Assembly: GCF_046119375.1 (NCBI RefSeq)
Contig: NW_027362772.1
Coordinates: 303,676,001-303,740,000 of the forward strand
Reading direction: 5' to 3'
DNA: 64,000 nucleotides
From: Phyllobates terribilis
Taxonomy: Eukaryota
The position numbers and the translations under genes were made by a program. Under the pieces are notes generated by a model, which was not told the origin of the DNA, searched no databases, and was given only the letters and a program-made list of their open reading frames with translations. Positions 1-13,078 of the stretch are shown here, piece after piece; the first letter of the stretch is position 1, and every line of letters begins with the position of its first letter.

Positions 1-1789
1 ATAACTGAGCAGTGCGGCACACAAAGGGTCATGAAGTGCAGCAAAGCCGGAAATTATACCCGGGTCACTGGAAAGTAAACCAAATGACAAAAAAACAAAA
101 GCATCAAAGTCACAGATGATGCAACTCCATGGGCTCATCAGCCCAGAATACCCCGGTCCCCAGCCAAAACTACAAACACCCAGCATGCAAGATTTAAACA
201 CTGCTCAATAATTGAGTTAAGAATAAAAAAAAAAAATAATACTTTGAATAAAATCCCTGAGCTCCCCAGATTCTGCCGCTGTTTTCAGTTTTGTGCTGCG
301 TCGCTCCATTGCAGAGATATTCATATTTGTTCCTTTTGGGTGCAGTATGTGAAATCTCTGCTTGTAGTTCAACTGAAAGTTTTTTCAGAGTCTTCTCTGG
401 GGGGCGTGCGCCAGAGGAAACTTCTCTCCATCCCCTACAATAATGTGGCTAGAAAAATATCCCTCCCTCCAATAAGATGGGCAGATGTCGGTGTGGACCG
501 GACCCCGCACTGGACGGAGCAGCAGGTCAAGGATTACAGAGGACCTACAGCAGCTCCCAACTTGTGGCTCTGAGGATGTTCCAGAACTAGAGTTGTCACC
601 ACAGATATCCTGGTAGCTTTGGTTGTGCTAGCACCAGAGGGCCACAGGCTGGGGGCCACCAATATGGAGAGTAGGACCCCTGTAAGCCATGGCCTAGGGT
701 CTTATTACAGCCACAGTAATAGAAGTGGCTGTGTTTAACCCTTCGCTCCCTGTTGACTTACATGCAACAAACCCATCACAACCAGAGAAATAACAGGTAA
801 CAAGATGCACACAGCACAATCACTAAACAATCCACGGAGGACACACAGTAACAGAACATCAGCACTGATCTAGCCCATGTTACACCCAGCCAGGCCTTAC
901 AATGGCAGACCCCCCTCCCCCGGCCATGTGCCTCTAATCTCCGTGTGACCTTGTCAGGATCCAGCTTCCTTCCTGTCACCCTGGGACTGCCCTGATGGTA
1001 AAGAAGAAGTGTGGAGGGGACAGCAGCAAAGGGTTAAACGCCAGAATACATGAAATGGACCTACAGAGAGAACAGCAGCCTGATGCCCCTGACTGCAGCT
1101 GGCCCAATACGGCCATGTGGGGGCGCTATACCAGGCATTATTACATGAGCGTGCGCCAAGTTGTAATAGATCAGACTCCTGACACCATATTATACTACAC
1201 ATCAGATCATAGCCACCAGCACTGGATTTATAGTTAGTGCAGCACATAATGAAATTATATATATATACATAGACCTCATGGAATCACATTATGGATTATT
1301 ATATCAGACTGCACAATAAAATATCACACTGGCTTTATAATGATAAATCATGTTGTATTGTATCAGACGACCTGACAATGTATATATAATTTATTATGCA
1401 TCAAGCATTATTATATCATCTGCCAGATTATGTAACACTATACAACATATACAGTACATTATACAATCGTATATACTCTACAGAATATTATATCTACCCA
1501 ACACTATATGCATTATATATGACCATCTACTAATTATATATATTATTCACACACACAGTACATCATGTCATATTATACACATGATATATGTCATGGATTA
1601 TTATATCAGACTGCCCTACACTGTATTATATCAGAATACCTGACAATATATACTGTATATTATGCACCATACATTATATCAGACTTCCTATCATATATTA
1701 CACTACCGCAGACAATATATAGGAGTATTATAATAATCGGATGTGTAATATAAAGTCATACATCAGATCACCTGCCTATATATACACAG

Positions 1790-1837
1790 TATATTATTAT
1801 ACCATGTACCCGACACTGTATACAGTACACCACATTA

Positions 1838-1891
<54 letters not shown>

Positions 1892-1935
1892 GACCACATG
1901 ATATCACTATATATACATACACACAGTACACCACA

Positions 1936-1968
<33 letters not shown>

Positions 1969-2110
1969 CATACATACACACACACACACACAGTACACCA
2001 CATGATATCACTATATATACGCAGTACATTATATGACATCTACCCCCCCCCCCCCCAAAAAAAAAAAATCATCATATTATATATACACACAGTATATCAC
2101 ATTTCTATTA
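1790..2110. repeat. (TA)n/(CA)n microsatellite cluster in slc25a33 intron 1
   Basis: Visible TA and CA dinucleotide runs at ~1838-1887 and ~1945-1990, within a locally duplicated context (cacagta...gatatcactatatatac). Confidence 0.9.
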
Positions 2111-2385
2111 CACGGCCCTATATACAGTATATTACACTACGCTGCAGAGTCCTGACACTATATACTGTATATTATATTATTAGATGCCACGGCCCATTAT
2201 TACAGTCAGTACATCCCGCTCTTCTATGGAGGCGCCATACACAGCATTATATTATTATAGCCCATCACACACTGGGATCGCTCCATCGTCCCTTATACAT
2301 TCTCATTAGCCTTCATCACATTATTCCACCATGGTCCTCTTCATCACCTCCGGATCACACTCACACATTCTGCACCTGCTGTGGA

Positions 2386-2428
2386 ACTACTAGTCCCAGG
2401 AGACGCCGGACCTGCTGGGAATTGTAGT
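2386..2428. promoter_or_regulatory. Inverted pair of ZNF143/THAP11-type (ACTACAnnnCCCAG) motifs near the slc25a33 promoter
   Basis: actactagtcccag (2386-2399) and tgctgggaattgtagt (2413-2428; reverse complement ACTACAATTCCCAGCA), ~110-150 bp into intron 1 and next to the CpG island. Confidence 0.55.
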
Positions 2429-2535
2429 CCCCCAGCAGTTACAAGGACACGCGCGTCCCTGTGACGTAATACCGTCTAATATATGATGTAACGTCCCATA
2501 ATAGAAGTATAATGACAGAAGCCCCCCGCTCTTAC

Positions 2536-2579
2536 CCCCCAGCCAGGAGGTGCAGGAGCGTGTCCTTGCTCTGAGTCAT
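2536..2579 (-). CDS. slc25a33: Mitochondrial pyrimidine nucleotide carrier SLC25A33, first coding exon (rest of gene lies left of the window)
   Basis: Minus strand reads ATG ACT CAG AGC AAG GAC ACG CTC CTG CAC CTC CTG GCT GGG GG|gtaag = MTQSKDTLLHLLAGG. This matches the SLC25A33/36 N-terminus (TLLHLFAGG) with the same phase-2 intron. TLLHL favours SLC25A33 over SLC25A36 (TLVHL). Only 15 aa are visible. Confidence 0.75.
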
Positions 2580-2599
2580 GTCCCCGGTAGCTGGACAGA

Positions 2600-2950
2600 T
2601 CGGGGTGGTAGTGTCCGGTCAGCCGCTCATCCCCCCCCGCTCGCTCTCCGTTCTGTGTCCCGGATGGCCGGTAAAAGCCGGTTTTCTCCTTTCAGCCGGC
2701 TGCTGATATGACGTCGCACTCTCGGGGGCGGGGCGAAGGTGTGCGGGCAGTGACGTGTGCTGGGGGCGTGTCCACTGGAATGCGGGAGACGTGGGGGGCG
2801 CGGCGGGGGCGTTGTCCGTGACGTCATGTAGAGGATTGCAGAAGTTTACACCATCCTGGAAGAGGGGGGGAGGGGGCGATGGGGGCAGGACCGCTGCCAT
2901 CTGTTCACCCCGAAAAGTTGGACAAGTGTCCTGCGTACGTCGTTCCGTAT
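2600..2950 (-). promoter_or_regulatory. CpG-island promoter/5'UTR of slc25a33
   Basis: Very CpG-rich; GC box (ggggcggggc) near 2725; full CRE TGACGTCA at 2819-2826; further TGACG half sites at ~2462, ~2709 and ~2751. Confidence 0.75.
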
Positions 2951-3605
2951 GTTATGTCAGTGGGCGATTTACTTTCTCGCCTAGAATCCGTATGACATAC
3001 GTTTTTAACATCATCTTTTATATAATATTTAACTAAAAGCTAGTTTACAAACTAATAAAGCAATCTTATATATAGAGAGATGATCGAAGGAAATTATATA
3101 AATGAGAAATTTCACAGCCCCCTACATATTATAATCATGCCCCCTTTAGTGCCTTTCATGTGGAGTTTATTCTACAGCTATTTAACCTTATAATTAATTG
3201 AAAAGAAAACCAATGTGCCTCCCCACCCCCCATTTTGATAACCAGCAAAGGTAAAGCAGACAGCTGTGAGTTGATATTACCAGGCTGGGAAGGTCCATGG
3301 TTATTGGGCCCTTCCCAGCCTAAAAATACCAGCCCGCAGCCACCCCAGGAATGGAGCATCACTTTAGTTGCGTCAATTCTGGCACTTCGCCTTTGCTCTT
3401 CCCGATTCCCCTTGTACATTGGCAATCGGGGTAATGGTTTTGGGGTTGATGTCAGCTGTGTAATGTCCGCTGACATCAAGCCCTGGTATTAGTAATGGAG
3501 AGGCGTCTATCAGTAATAAAAAAATCAAACACACACAAAAAAAATTTATTTAAAAAAACGTTCCCCAACACTTTCCTTGGTACACCAGTTTACTAAAATA
3601 ATAGT

Positions 3606-4046
3606 CCATGGAATCCCACGTGGTCCAGGGAATCCGACGTGGTCCGGGAAATCCGACGTGGTCCATGGAATCCGACGTGGTCCAGGGAATCCGACGTGGT
3701 CCAGGGAATCCGACGTGGTCCGGGGAATCCGACGTGGTCCGGGGAATCCGACGTGGTCCGGGAAATCCGACGTGGTCCGGGAAATCCGACGTGGTCTGAG
3801 AAATCCGACGTGGTCCAGGGAATCCGACGTGGTCTGAGAAATCCGACGTGGTCTGAGAAATCCGACGTGGTCCAGGGAATCCGACGTGGTCCAGGGAATC
3901 CGACGTGGTCCAGGGAATCCGACGTGGTCTGAGAAATCCGACGTGGTCCGGGGAATCCGACGTGGTCCGGGGAATCCGACGTGGTCCGGGGAATCCGACG
4001 TTGTCCAGGAAATCCGACGTGGTCCAGGAAATCCGACGTGGTCCAT
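3606..4046. repeat. 19-bp CpG-rich minisatellite (GGAATCCGACGTGGTCCAG), ~23 copies
   Basis: Directly visible tandem units; explains the overlapping repetitive ORFs at 3546-4212. Confidence 0.95.
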
Positions 4047-4499
4047 AAATGGATACCTGAAAAACATGAAAAGAGAAAAGCAAAAACAAAACATTGTCCC
4101 TTGTTCACCAATTTATAAGAAAATAAGGGTCCCACTCAGGTCCGGCGCAGTCCAGCGCTTCCCTCGATGTTCCCTGATTACGTTGTTAAAAGCCTATATA
4201 GACTCGTTCTGATTCTCCATAGGCTTTTAGCAGCAGCCATTCCCGGGACATGCTGCGCTCTGCGAGACGCGGCCGCTCTGAACAGCGGTGATGTCAGGAA
4301 TGATAACTCTCATCAGAGTCGCCAAGTCACGCTGTGAGATCAGCACTGACTCATTGAATAACATTGGTCAGAGTGCAATGTGATTTTTTTCTCGCATTGC
4401 CCTCGTCCGATTTCTATGTAGATATGAGCAAACCCTAAAAGAAATGATACAGGGTTCTCTTAATTATTTATAAATCTGAAAACTGTGGCGTACATTTGT

Positions 4500-5030
4500 A
4501 TCCAGCCCCCTGCAGTCTGATTCCCCTAAATGAAATCCTGAGTGACCAATCACCTCCAGAAGTCACATAATTAGTATACTGTGTCCACCTGTGTGTAATT
4601 TCTTCTCCGTATAACTACAACCATTCTGTGAAGGCCTCACAGGTTTGAGAACATTAAGGATCAAGCAGCATCATGAAAACCAAGGAGCCCACCAGACAGG
4701 TCGGGGATAAAGTTGTGGAGAAGGGTAAAGCAGGGTTAAGTTATAAAAAATTAGCCCAAGCTCTGAACATCTCACGGAGCACTGTTCAGTCCATCATCAA
4801 GAAATGGAAGGAGTGTAGTACAACTGCAAACCGACCAAGACAAGGCCGTCCAACTAACCTGACGTCCCAAGGAAGGAAAGCACTAATTAGAGAAGCAGCC
4901 CATGGTCACTGGAGGAGCTGCAGAGATCCACAGCTCAGGGGGGAGAATCTGTCCACAGGACACTATTGGCCATATATTCCACAAATCTGACCTTTATGGA
5001 AGAACGGCAAGAAGAAAGACATTTTGCAGC
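4500..5030 (+). mobile_element. Decayed, truncated Tc1-like transposon (transposase N-terminal HTH region)
   Basis: ORF 4673: MKTKEPTRQVGDKVVEKGKAGLSYKKLAQALNISRSTVQSIIKKWKE...GRP is a typical Tc1 paired-like DNA-binding domain. It is frameshifted after about residue 75 and has no DDE domain. Confidence 0.85.
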
Positions 5031-5489
5031 CATAGTCCCCATATAATCAGTGTTATCGCTCAACCAGTTGGCGGTTTTGTTGTTATGGATGATCTGATCG
5101 GTTTATACCTCCGTCCACATTTTCCCCTTCTACCGAGACAAAAAATAATTATAGGGTTAGAATAGTAGTGACCGCTCCACCCTGACCGGTGACACAGAGA
5201 ATCTGCTGCGTGGTGCGACTCCACATGGTGGGTTTTCATGGACCTTCCCGTCCCTTGTCTGCGGCATCGCTGGTCAGTAGACCCAGCGTCACATCATATC
5301 CACCTCCAGAGTAAACATAATAGATCTGCCTCTGGGAAAGCTGGGTGATCGTGGCCTGTTATATAACGTCAGTGGAGCTATGGAGACATAACTACTGTAA
5401 AATTGTTCAGGACTTGTCAGGTTCACTAGGTGAGGTGGGTCCTCGGTGTCCAAGGTCCTTTGGGCACACCGGCCACAGGCGTTGGTGCT

Positions 5490-6860
5490 GCCGGCAGATG
5501 AGGCATACGGGAAACGGATAGCAGAGGTCCCGGAAGACGGGGAACAGATAGCAGAGGTCCCGGAAAACTGGGAACAGGTAGCAGAGGTTCTGAAAGACGG
5601 AGAACAGGTAGCAGTTGTCCTGGAAGACGGGGAACAGGTAACAGTTTTCCTGAAAGACAGGGAACAGGTAGCAGGGGCTCTGGAAAACGGGGAACAGATA
5701 GCAGGGGCTCTGGAAGACGGGGAACAGGTAGCAGGGGTCCTGGAAGACGGGGAACAGGTAGCAGGGGTCCTGGAAGACGGGGAACAGGTAACAGAGGCAT
5801 TGGAAGCTGCTGGTGAACAGGAGATTGGGAACAGGTAGCAGAGGTCCTGGAAGACGGGGAACAGGTAGCAGAGGTCCTGGAAGATGTTGAACAGGTAACA
5901 GAGGTCCTGGAAGGCGGGGAACAGATAGCAGAAGTCCTGGAAGGCGGGGATCAGATAGCAGAAGTCCTGGAAGGCGGGGAACAGATAGCAGAAGTCCTGG
6001 AAGGCGGGGAACAGATAGCAGAAGTCCTGGAAGGCGGGGAACCGATAGCAGAAGTCCTGGAAGGCGGGGAACAGATAGCAGAAGTCCTGGAAGGCGGGGA
6101 ACAGATAGCAGAAGTCCTGGAAGGCGGGGAACCGATAGCAGAAGTCCTGGAAGGCGGGGAACAGATAGCAGAAGTCCTGGAAGGCGGGGAACAGATAGCA
6201 GAAGTCCTGGAAGGCAGGGAACAGATAGCAGAAGTCCTGGAAGGCGGGGAACAGATAGCAGAAGTCCTGGAAGGCGGGGAACAGATAGCAGAAGTCCTGG
6301 AAGGCGGGGAACAGATAGCTGAAGTCCCGGAAGGCGGGGAACAGATAGCAGAAGTCCCGGAAGGCGGGGAACAGATAGCAGAAGTTCCGGAAGGTGGGGA
6401 ACAGATAGCAGAAGGCGGGGAACAGATATCAGAAGTCCCGGAAGGCGGGGAACAGATAGCAGAAGTCCCGGAAGGCGGGGAACAGATAGCAGAAGTCCCG
6501 GAAGGTGGGGAACAGATAGCAGAAGTCCCGGAAGGCGGGGAACAGATAGCAGAAGTCCCGGAAGACGGGGAACAAGTAGCAGAGGTCCCGGAAGATTGGG
6601 CACAGGTAGTAGAGTTCCCGGAAGATTGGGCACAGGTAGTAGAGTTCCTGAAGACCGGGAACAGGTAGCTAGGTTCCAGAAGATGGGGCACAGATAGTAG
6701 AGTTCCTGGAAGACCCGGAACAGTTAGCAGAGGTCCCAGAAGATGGGGCACAGATAGTAGAGTTCCTGGAAGACCCGGAACAGTTAGCAGAGGTCCCAGA
6801 AGATGGGGCACAGGTAGCAGAGTTTCTGAAGACCAGGAACAAGTAACAGAGGTCCTGGAA
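5490..6860. repeat. 30-bp minisatellite (GAACAGATAGCAGAAGTCCTGGAAGGCGGG), ~45 copies
   Basis: Tandem 30-bp units, most homogeneous in the centre (~5900-6300) and diverged at both edges. Confidence 0.95.
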
Positions 6861-8544
6861 GCTGCAGGCAAAAAGGAGACCAGGGAAAAGGGAGCAGTGC
6901 CTAGACATGGGACAGGTATGTAACAGGACCTTGAAAAGCTTGGTGAGAAGTCTGCAGCAAAAAGTAATGGCAGCCGCCTCAAAATAACAGTGCAATGCTT
7001 CTAGGGGGGAAATTCCTCTGTACATACTGTAGTTCTCTTGGGTTCATGGAAATTTATAAAAAGTTGGTAATTTTTTTTTTAAACTTCTTAGGACCCTTGT
7101 CAATAGTTTAGGGGGTAACACTGGTTGTCAGTTTATTTACACAATTCCAAGGGGAATAACAGAGGAACGGCCCAGTGCAGAGTTGTTCCACAACTATTTA
7201 ATGGTGAATGCTCGCACAAGTCATTTCCTCAATTACATAAGAGTCATTATGTTCCTGGAAATCAGCGTAAAGAGGAAGCACATTTTACAAGATCCGTCTC
7301 TTCTCTCTCCCCTACCCCGAAGACTAAGGGCCCCTCATTCTCAGCATCAGTGGGGACCCCAGGGTTGTACCCCACCTAAATAACTTTTCCTACCTGTAGT
7401 TATTGGGAAATCCCTGCTCTTGCCCTGACCACCCTTGATCTTACCTGGTTGCCCCATTTGCCAGTCTGATGTAAACTCTACAATTATGACATAAAGACCA
7501 CCGCAATGAAAAGTTGCGACATAGATCAATATGTCTTGTGCAATCCGCACCCATCGTGATGCCAGGGACTTGGGACAATGTGTTGCGCCAACATCTAAAG
7601 TCAACTAGTCAATGGCACCGCTCCCTAAAAAAAAGCATTGATCAGCATGGGGCCATGAAGGGTCACAAGATGACACCGTCCAGGATCCAAGAGGCCATGA
7701 CAAGTGACGATAAGAGCCTCCCCCCCAAATGGCGCCACAACCACAGGGCCAAGAAAAAAAGACGCTATGGACACCAGGATCCAGAAAACCTAGTGATAAA
7801 CCCCTTAAAGGGGTTTGACCATAGATAGAATAGAGGACCCCTGTCCGCTCAGCCACATGCTGAAATGTAAGATCTTACTATATGCCGCAATTTAGTCAGT
7901 CTATATCTGCTCAATCTAAACGCCCTAAAGGCTGAAAATCTAAAATTAGTGACCATTGGCCGGCAGTTCCACATTAAGCCGCCGCACCCTGATGTGTGTA
8001 TGTAAAGAATCTGTAAAGGGATATTCCAAAAAAAAACAGGTTATATAGGGCAAAAGACAAAATAATACCGCCCTTCTGCTTCCTTACCATGAAGCTCCCA
8101 GTGCGGCAGCTCTGCCGGACGATCAGGCTATCTGGATTATCAGATTATTGTATATTGTGATATATGGAGATTTTCGCGTTGTTTATTAGACGACATTTAC
8201 TTTTTTTTTTCACTGTTTTCGCCTTTCTCCCTTGAAAGCCGATCTGTGCAGGAACATGACACACGGAGAAGAGGAGGAATGTCAGCGTGTGAGTCCTATG
8301 TGGGTATATATAGAAGATGCATGTGAGACGCATAGGGGGCCACCATGTGCCATCACTGCGGACCGCGGCGTGTGTACCCTCTCCAGCAATACAGCCTCCA
8401 TGAGAAACGGGAAAGAGGGTCACCGCGGAGCGCCAACGGGAATACTTGTTTTACGCTAAGCCACATCCCCAACCCAGTGCTGTATATGCGCACAGAGACG
8501 GAGAGCCCCTAGTGAAGCCCAAAAGTGTTACCACACAATATAAT

Positions 8545-9500
8545 ACCGGCTTCATGGCCCCAAAGTATGATGCCCCACAGCCCCCCACATAGTATGATGC
8601 CCCACAGCCCCCCCCCACATATGATATCCCTACAGCTCCCCAATACACACAGTGTGATGCACCCACACAGTACTGAATAATGCCCCACAGCCCCCCACAC
8701 ATAATATGGTGTTTCTACAGCCCCCCACCAAACACAGCGTGGTGTACCCTTAGCCCCCCCAACACACACAGTGTTATACACCTACACAGTGTAATGCCCC
8801 ACTACACAGTATGATGTCCCACAGCCCCCCACACTTAATATGATGTCCCTACAGCTCCCCAATACACACAGTGTGATGCACCCACACAGTACTGAATAAT
8901 GCCCCACAGCCCCCCACACATAATATGGTGTTTCTACAGCCCCCCCCCCCAACACAGGGTGGTGTACCCACAGCCCCCCCCCCAACACACACACTGTTAT
9001 ACACCTACACAGTGTAATGCCCCACTACACAGTATGATGTCCCACAGCCCCCCACACTTAATATGATGTCCCTACAGCCACCCCCCACCAACACAGGGTG
9101 ATGTACCCACAGCCCCCACACATATGATGTCCCTACTGTCCTCCCAACACAGGGTGATGTACACCCACACAGTATAATGCCCCACCACCCCCTACACAGT
9201 ATGATGCCCCACAGCCCCCCACCCACAGTATGATGCCCCACACAGACAGTATGATGTCCTTACAGCCCCCACACAAAGTATAATGCCTCACACACAGTAT
9301 GATGCCCCCATACACAGTATGATGCTCCACACACTGTATGCTGATCCCCACCAGAGTATAATAACCTAAAAGCCCCCACTACACTGTATTATGCCCCACA
9401 GTCCCCTACACAGTATGATTTCCCCATAGCCACCCCACACAGTATGATGCCCCAACACAGTATAATGCCCTCCAGCCCTCCCCGCACACACAGTATGATG
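8545..9500. repeat. Degenerate ACACAGTATGATGCCCCACAGCCCCC minisatellite with an internal ~219-bp duplication
   Basis: The motif recurs throughout; the block starting tacagctcccc occurs at 8631 and again at 8850. Confidence 0.85.
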
Positions 9501-10477
9501 CCCCCTCTGCTGGGGTTGTTTTGCGAAGAAAGCAAACACGTTTTTCTATTCTTGGACAACCCCTTTAAATTGTTGTCTGGCGTTGATCACTTCCGAATTG
9601 TGAGGTTTATGTCGCTGATATTGGACGTGTGTCCCTATGGCAGGTACCATGCACCTGTCCTATTCATGCACTGATCGTCCCAGCAGGTGAGTGCAGACAG
9701 GACGTCATCGTTGTTGCCAACCCGCCGATGCTGAAGTGAGCGGCGCAAGACCCCTTTAAGAACAATTCATACTGGATAAAGGAACAGAAATCATCAGAAC
9801 TCATCTATCCACAAGCAAATAATCACGACAGAGATGGGGGGTCGTGACATAATGAGAGTTTATTTAACTTTATGGTTTATTCCTCTTTAATTTTTAAGAT
9901 CTCTGCTTGATGTCAGTGAATAAACTGAATTGTTATTCCTCCATCCTCATTAGTGAGCGCGGCCGGATCTGACTTCATCCCCGTTATTGATCAGTTGTTG
10001 ATGTTTTCTCGGCGGCGCCGTCATCCGTCACGTTTCTGGACGCTGTTTACCTGCGGATCGGTGTTTTTTGACACAATGTTCCCTCTGGTCTTTGTCAGCG
10101 CAGCCGGGGGACGTCGTCCTGAACTTTACAGAAGTTACAACTAAGCGCGAAAACACCTGAATATTCTGTCACGTCCCCGACCCTGCAGTGCTCCAAACAA
10201 GTCTGCACCCTGACCCGCCGCTCGCTATTGGCGGAGCCGCCGCACACCCCCGGCTATTAAAACAATGGCTGCCGCCCCCACCGCCCGCACTCACTGCACT
10301 TTGTATCCGATCTCTGCAGCGTCTCCATCCGGGTGAATACAGGAACTCCAGCATTAGTTCTGCAGGGGACAGATATACACCGATCATTAAAGGGACGGTC
10401 TCACCCCATCTCTCCGCAGCCAAATACAAAGCCGGAAATAACGGGAAAGATTCTGTTGTGGTAAATGTGCAACATTG

Positions 10478-12178
10478 CAGAACATCGCTCCATCACACTG
10501 CAGAACATCGCTCCGTCATACTGCAGAACATCGCTCAGTCACACTGCAGGACATCGCTCCGTCATACTGCAGAACATCGCTCCGTCACACTGCAGGACAT
10601 CGCTCCGTCATACTGCAGGACATCGCTCCGTCACACTGTAGGACATCGCTCCGTCACACTGCAGAATATCGCTCCGTCATACTGCAGAACATCGCTCAGT
10701 CACACTGCAGGACATCGCTCCGTCACACTGTAGGACATCGCTTTGTCACACTGCAGAATATCGCTCCGTCACACTGCTGAATATCGCTCCGTCACACTGC
10801 AGGACATCGCTCCGTCACACTGTAGGACATCGCTTTGTCACACTGCAGAATATCGCTCCGTCACACTGCTGAATATCGCTCCGTCACACTGCAGAACATC
10901 GCTCCGTCACACTGCAGAACATCGCTCCGTCACACTGCAGGACATCGCTCAATCACACTGCAGAACATCGCTCCGTCACACTGCTGAATATCGCTCCGTC
11001 ACACTGCAGAACATCGCTCCGTCACACTGCAGAACATTGCTCCGTCACACTGCAGGACATCGCTCAATCACACTGCAGAACATCGCTCCGTCACACTGCA
11101 GGACATCGCTCCGTGACACTGCAGGACATCGCTCAATCACACTGCAGAACATCGCTCCGTCACACTGAAGTACATCGCTCCGTCACACTGCAGGACATCG
11201 CTCCGTCACACTGCAGGACATCGCTCCGTCACACTGCAGGACATCGCTCCGTCACACTGCAGAACATCGCTCCGTCACACTGCAGAGTATTGTCCCATCA
11301 TACTTCAGAACATCGTTCCGTCACACCGCAGAACATCACTCCATCACACTGCAGAACATCGCTCAGTCACACTGCAGAGTATTGTCCCATCATACTTCAG
11401 AACATTGCTCCCTCACACTGCAGAACATCGCCCCGTCACACTGCAGAACATCGCTCCGTCACACTGCACAACATCGCTCCGTCACACTGTAGAACATCGC
11501 TCTGTCACACTGCAGAACATCGCCCCGTCACACTGCAGAACATCGCTCCGTCACACTGCAGAACATCGCTCCGTCACACTGCAGAACATCGCCCCATCAC
11601 ACTGCAGAACATCGCCCCGTCACACTGCAGAACATCGCTCCGTCACACTGCAGAACATCGCTCCGTCACACTGCAGAACATCGCTCCGTCACACTGCAGA
11701 ACATCGCTCCGTCACACTGCAGAACATCGCTCCGTCACACTGCAGAACATCGCCCCGTCACACTGCAGAGTATTGTCCCATCATACTGCAGAACATTGCT
11801 CCCTCACACCGCAGAACATCGCTCCGTCACGCTGCAGAGTATCATCCCATCATACCGCAGAACATTGCTCTGTCACACTGCAGAGTATCGTGCCGTCAAA
11901 CTGCAGAACATCGCTCCTTCACACTGCAGAACATCACTCCGTCACACTGCAGAGTATTGTCCCATCATACTGCAGAACATTGCTCCCTCACACCGCAGAA
12001 CATCGCTCCGTCACGCTACAGAGTATCATCCCATCATACCGCAGAACATTGCTCCGTCACACTGCTGAGTATCGTCCCATCATACTGCAGAACATTGGTC
12101 TATCCTGCGGCAGAGCATCGCCCCCGTCACACTGCAGAGCACTGCTCCGTTACACTGCAGAACATCGCCCCGTCACAC
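10478..12178. repeat. 23-bp minisatellite (CACACTGCAGAACATCGCTCCGT), ~74 copies
   Basis: Period 23 (tcacact at 10861 and 10884); one PstI site per unit. Confidence 0.95.
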
Positions 12179-13078
12179 ATCTCTTCCCAAGGTCAGTGAT
12201 GAACCGACCATCCAGATGACTGAAATGGGATTCATCAGAGCGGGTGCCTTGTTCCATCGCTCCATGGTCCGGTTCTGATGCTTATGTGCCCCTTGGACAA
12301 CGGGGCATCATAGAAACTCTGATAGCTCTGCTGCAGCACAGCTCCATACACAAGCTGCGATGCTCTGCGTGATCTGATACAAGACCTGCCATATACCATG
12401 AACACCCCTAGAAGACCTGTCATTTTCAGATAGCTCTCTTGGATATGATGGGGCTAGTGTACTTACTGTAATAATCCATGTCAGAAGAGCCGTACAATTC
12501 TGATATCAAAATCAGCAGTCTAGCTAGAGCAGGCCTCATAAAATGCTCATTGCCATATCAGGTGTAAAATGCTAATAAATGATTATACCGCCATTGTAAT
12601 TTGCAAAGTAAATACACCAGCCTCATCAGGGATCTATTTAACAACATATACATCTTGAATTGTGAAAACTGGTGACAGATCCACTTTACTTCTGCAGCTA
12701 ATCAAAAGGGAGGACAAATGCTGGCGATATTCCATCACTTATTGGGGTGAGCGAGGATGATATCCGTACGTGGCGCAGTCTCATCTGTCATCGGCCTCAG
12801 AATGGACGGGATTTGTCTCCAGCATTACAGGATCACAGGTAGATTACTCGCTGTGCGCTCGGCTGGATCTATTCACCTGAGTTAATGATTACCTGAGCTG
12901 GAGGATACACAGGAGCGGGGGGCCACGGGGGCCGACCTGGCGCAGAATAAGTGTTCACAACTCGGGGGTACAGCTGTAAACTTCATGCAACTAAACCCTT
13001 CCCCTTGAATATTTGAAACTTAAAGGAATTCTTCATCCTCGGCTTCTTATGACATATTCTATGCAGGTACCTCCTTAA

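Noticed and set aside
1741-2427. 228-aa ORF
   Set aside because: Non-ATG start, built from TA/CA microsatellites, antisense within slc25a33 intron 1.
3546-4212. Overlapping ~180-aa ORFs on both strands
   Set aside because: Translations of the 19-bp minisatellite.
5407-6633. 408-aa Leu/Pro-rich ORF called as a gene
   Set aside because: It lies wholly within a 30-bp tandem repeat whose length keeps frames open, with no promoter, splice or homology support. Kept only as a low-interest finding.
7000-7860. Possible decayed retroelement protease/pol remnant next to the 30-bp array
   Set aside because: Only vague motif resemblance (FFLGSGA, IRLANG) in different frames; not supportable without a search.
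9644-9686. 43-nt + strand segment with ag...CAG|GTGAGT boundaries
   Set aside because: No compatible neighbouring exons or recognisable product; good isolated splice pairs arise by chance.
10188-12219. Long His/Arg/Thr-rich ORFs (up to 368 aa)
   Set aside because: Products of the 23-bp minisatellite cycling through three frames.
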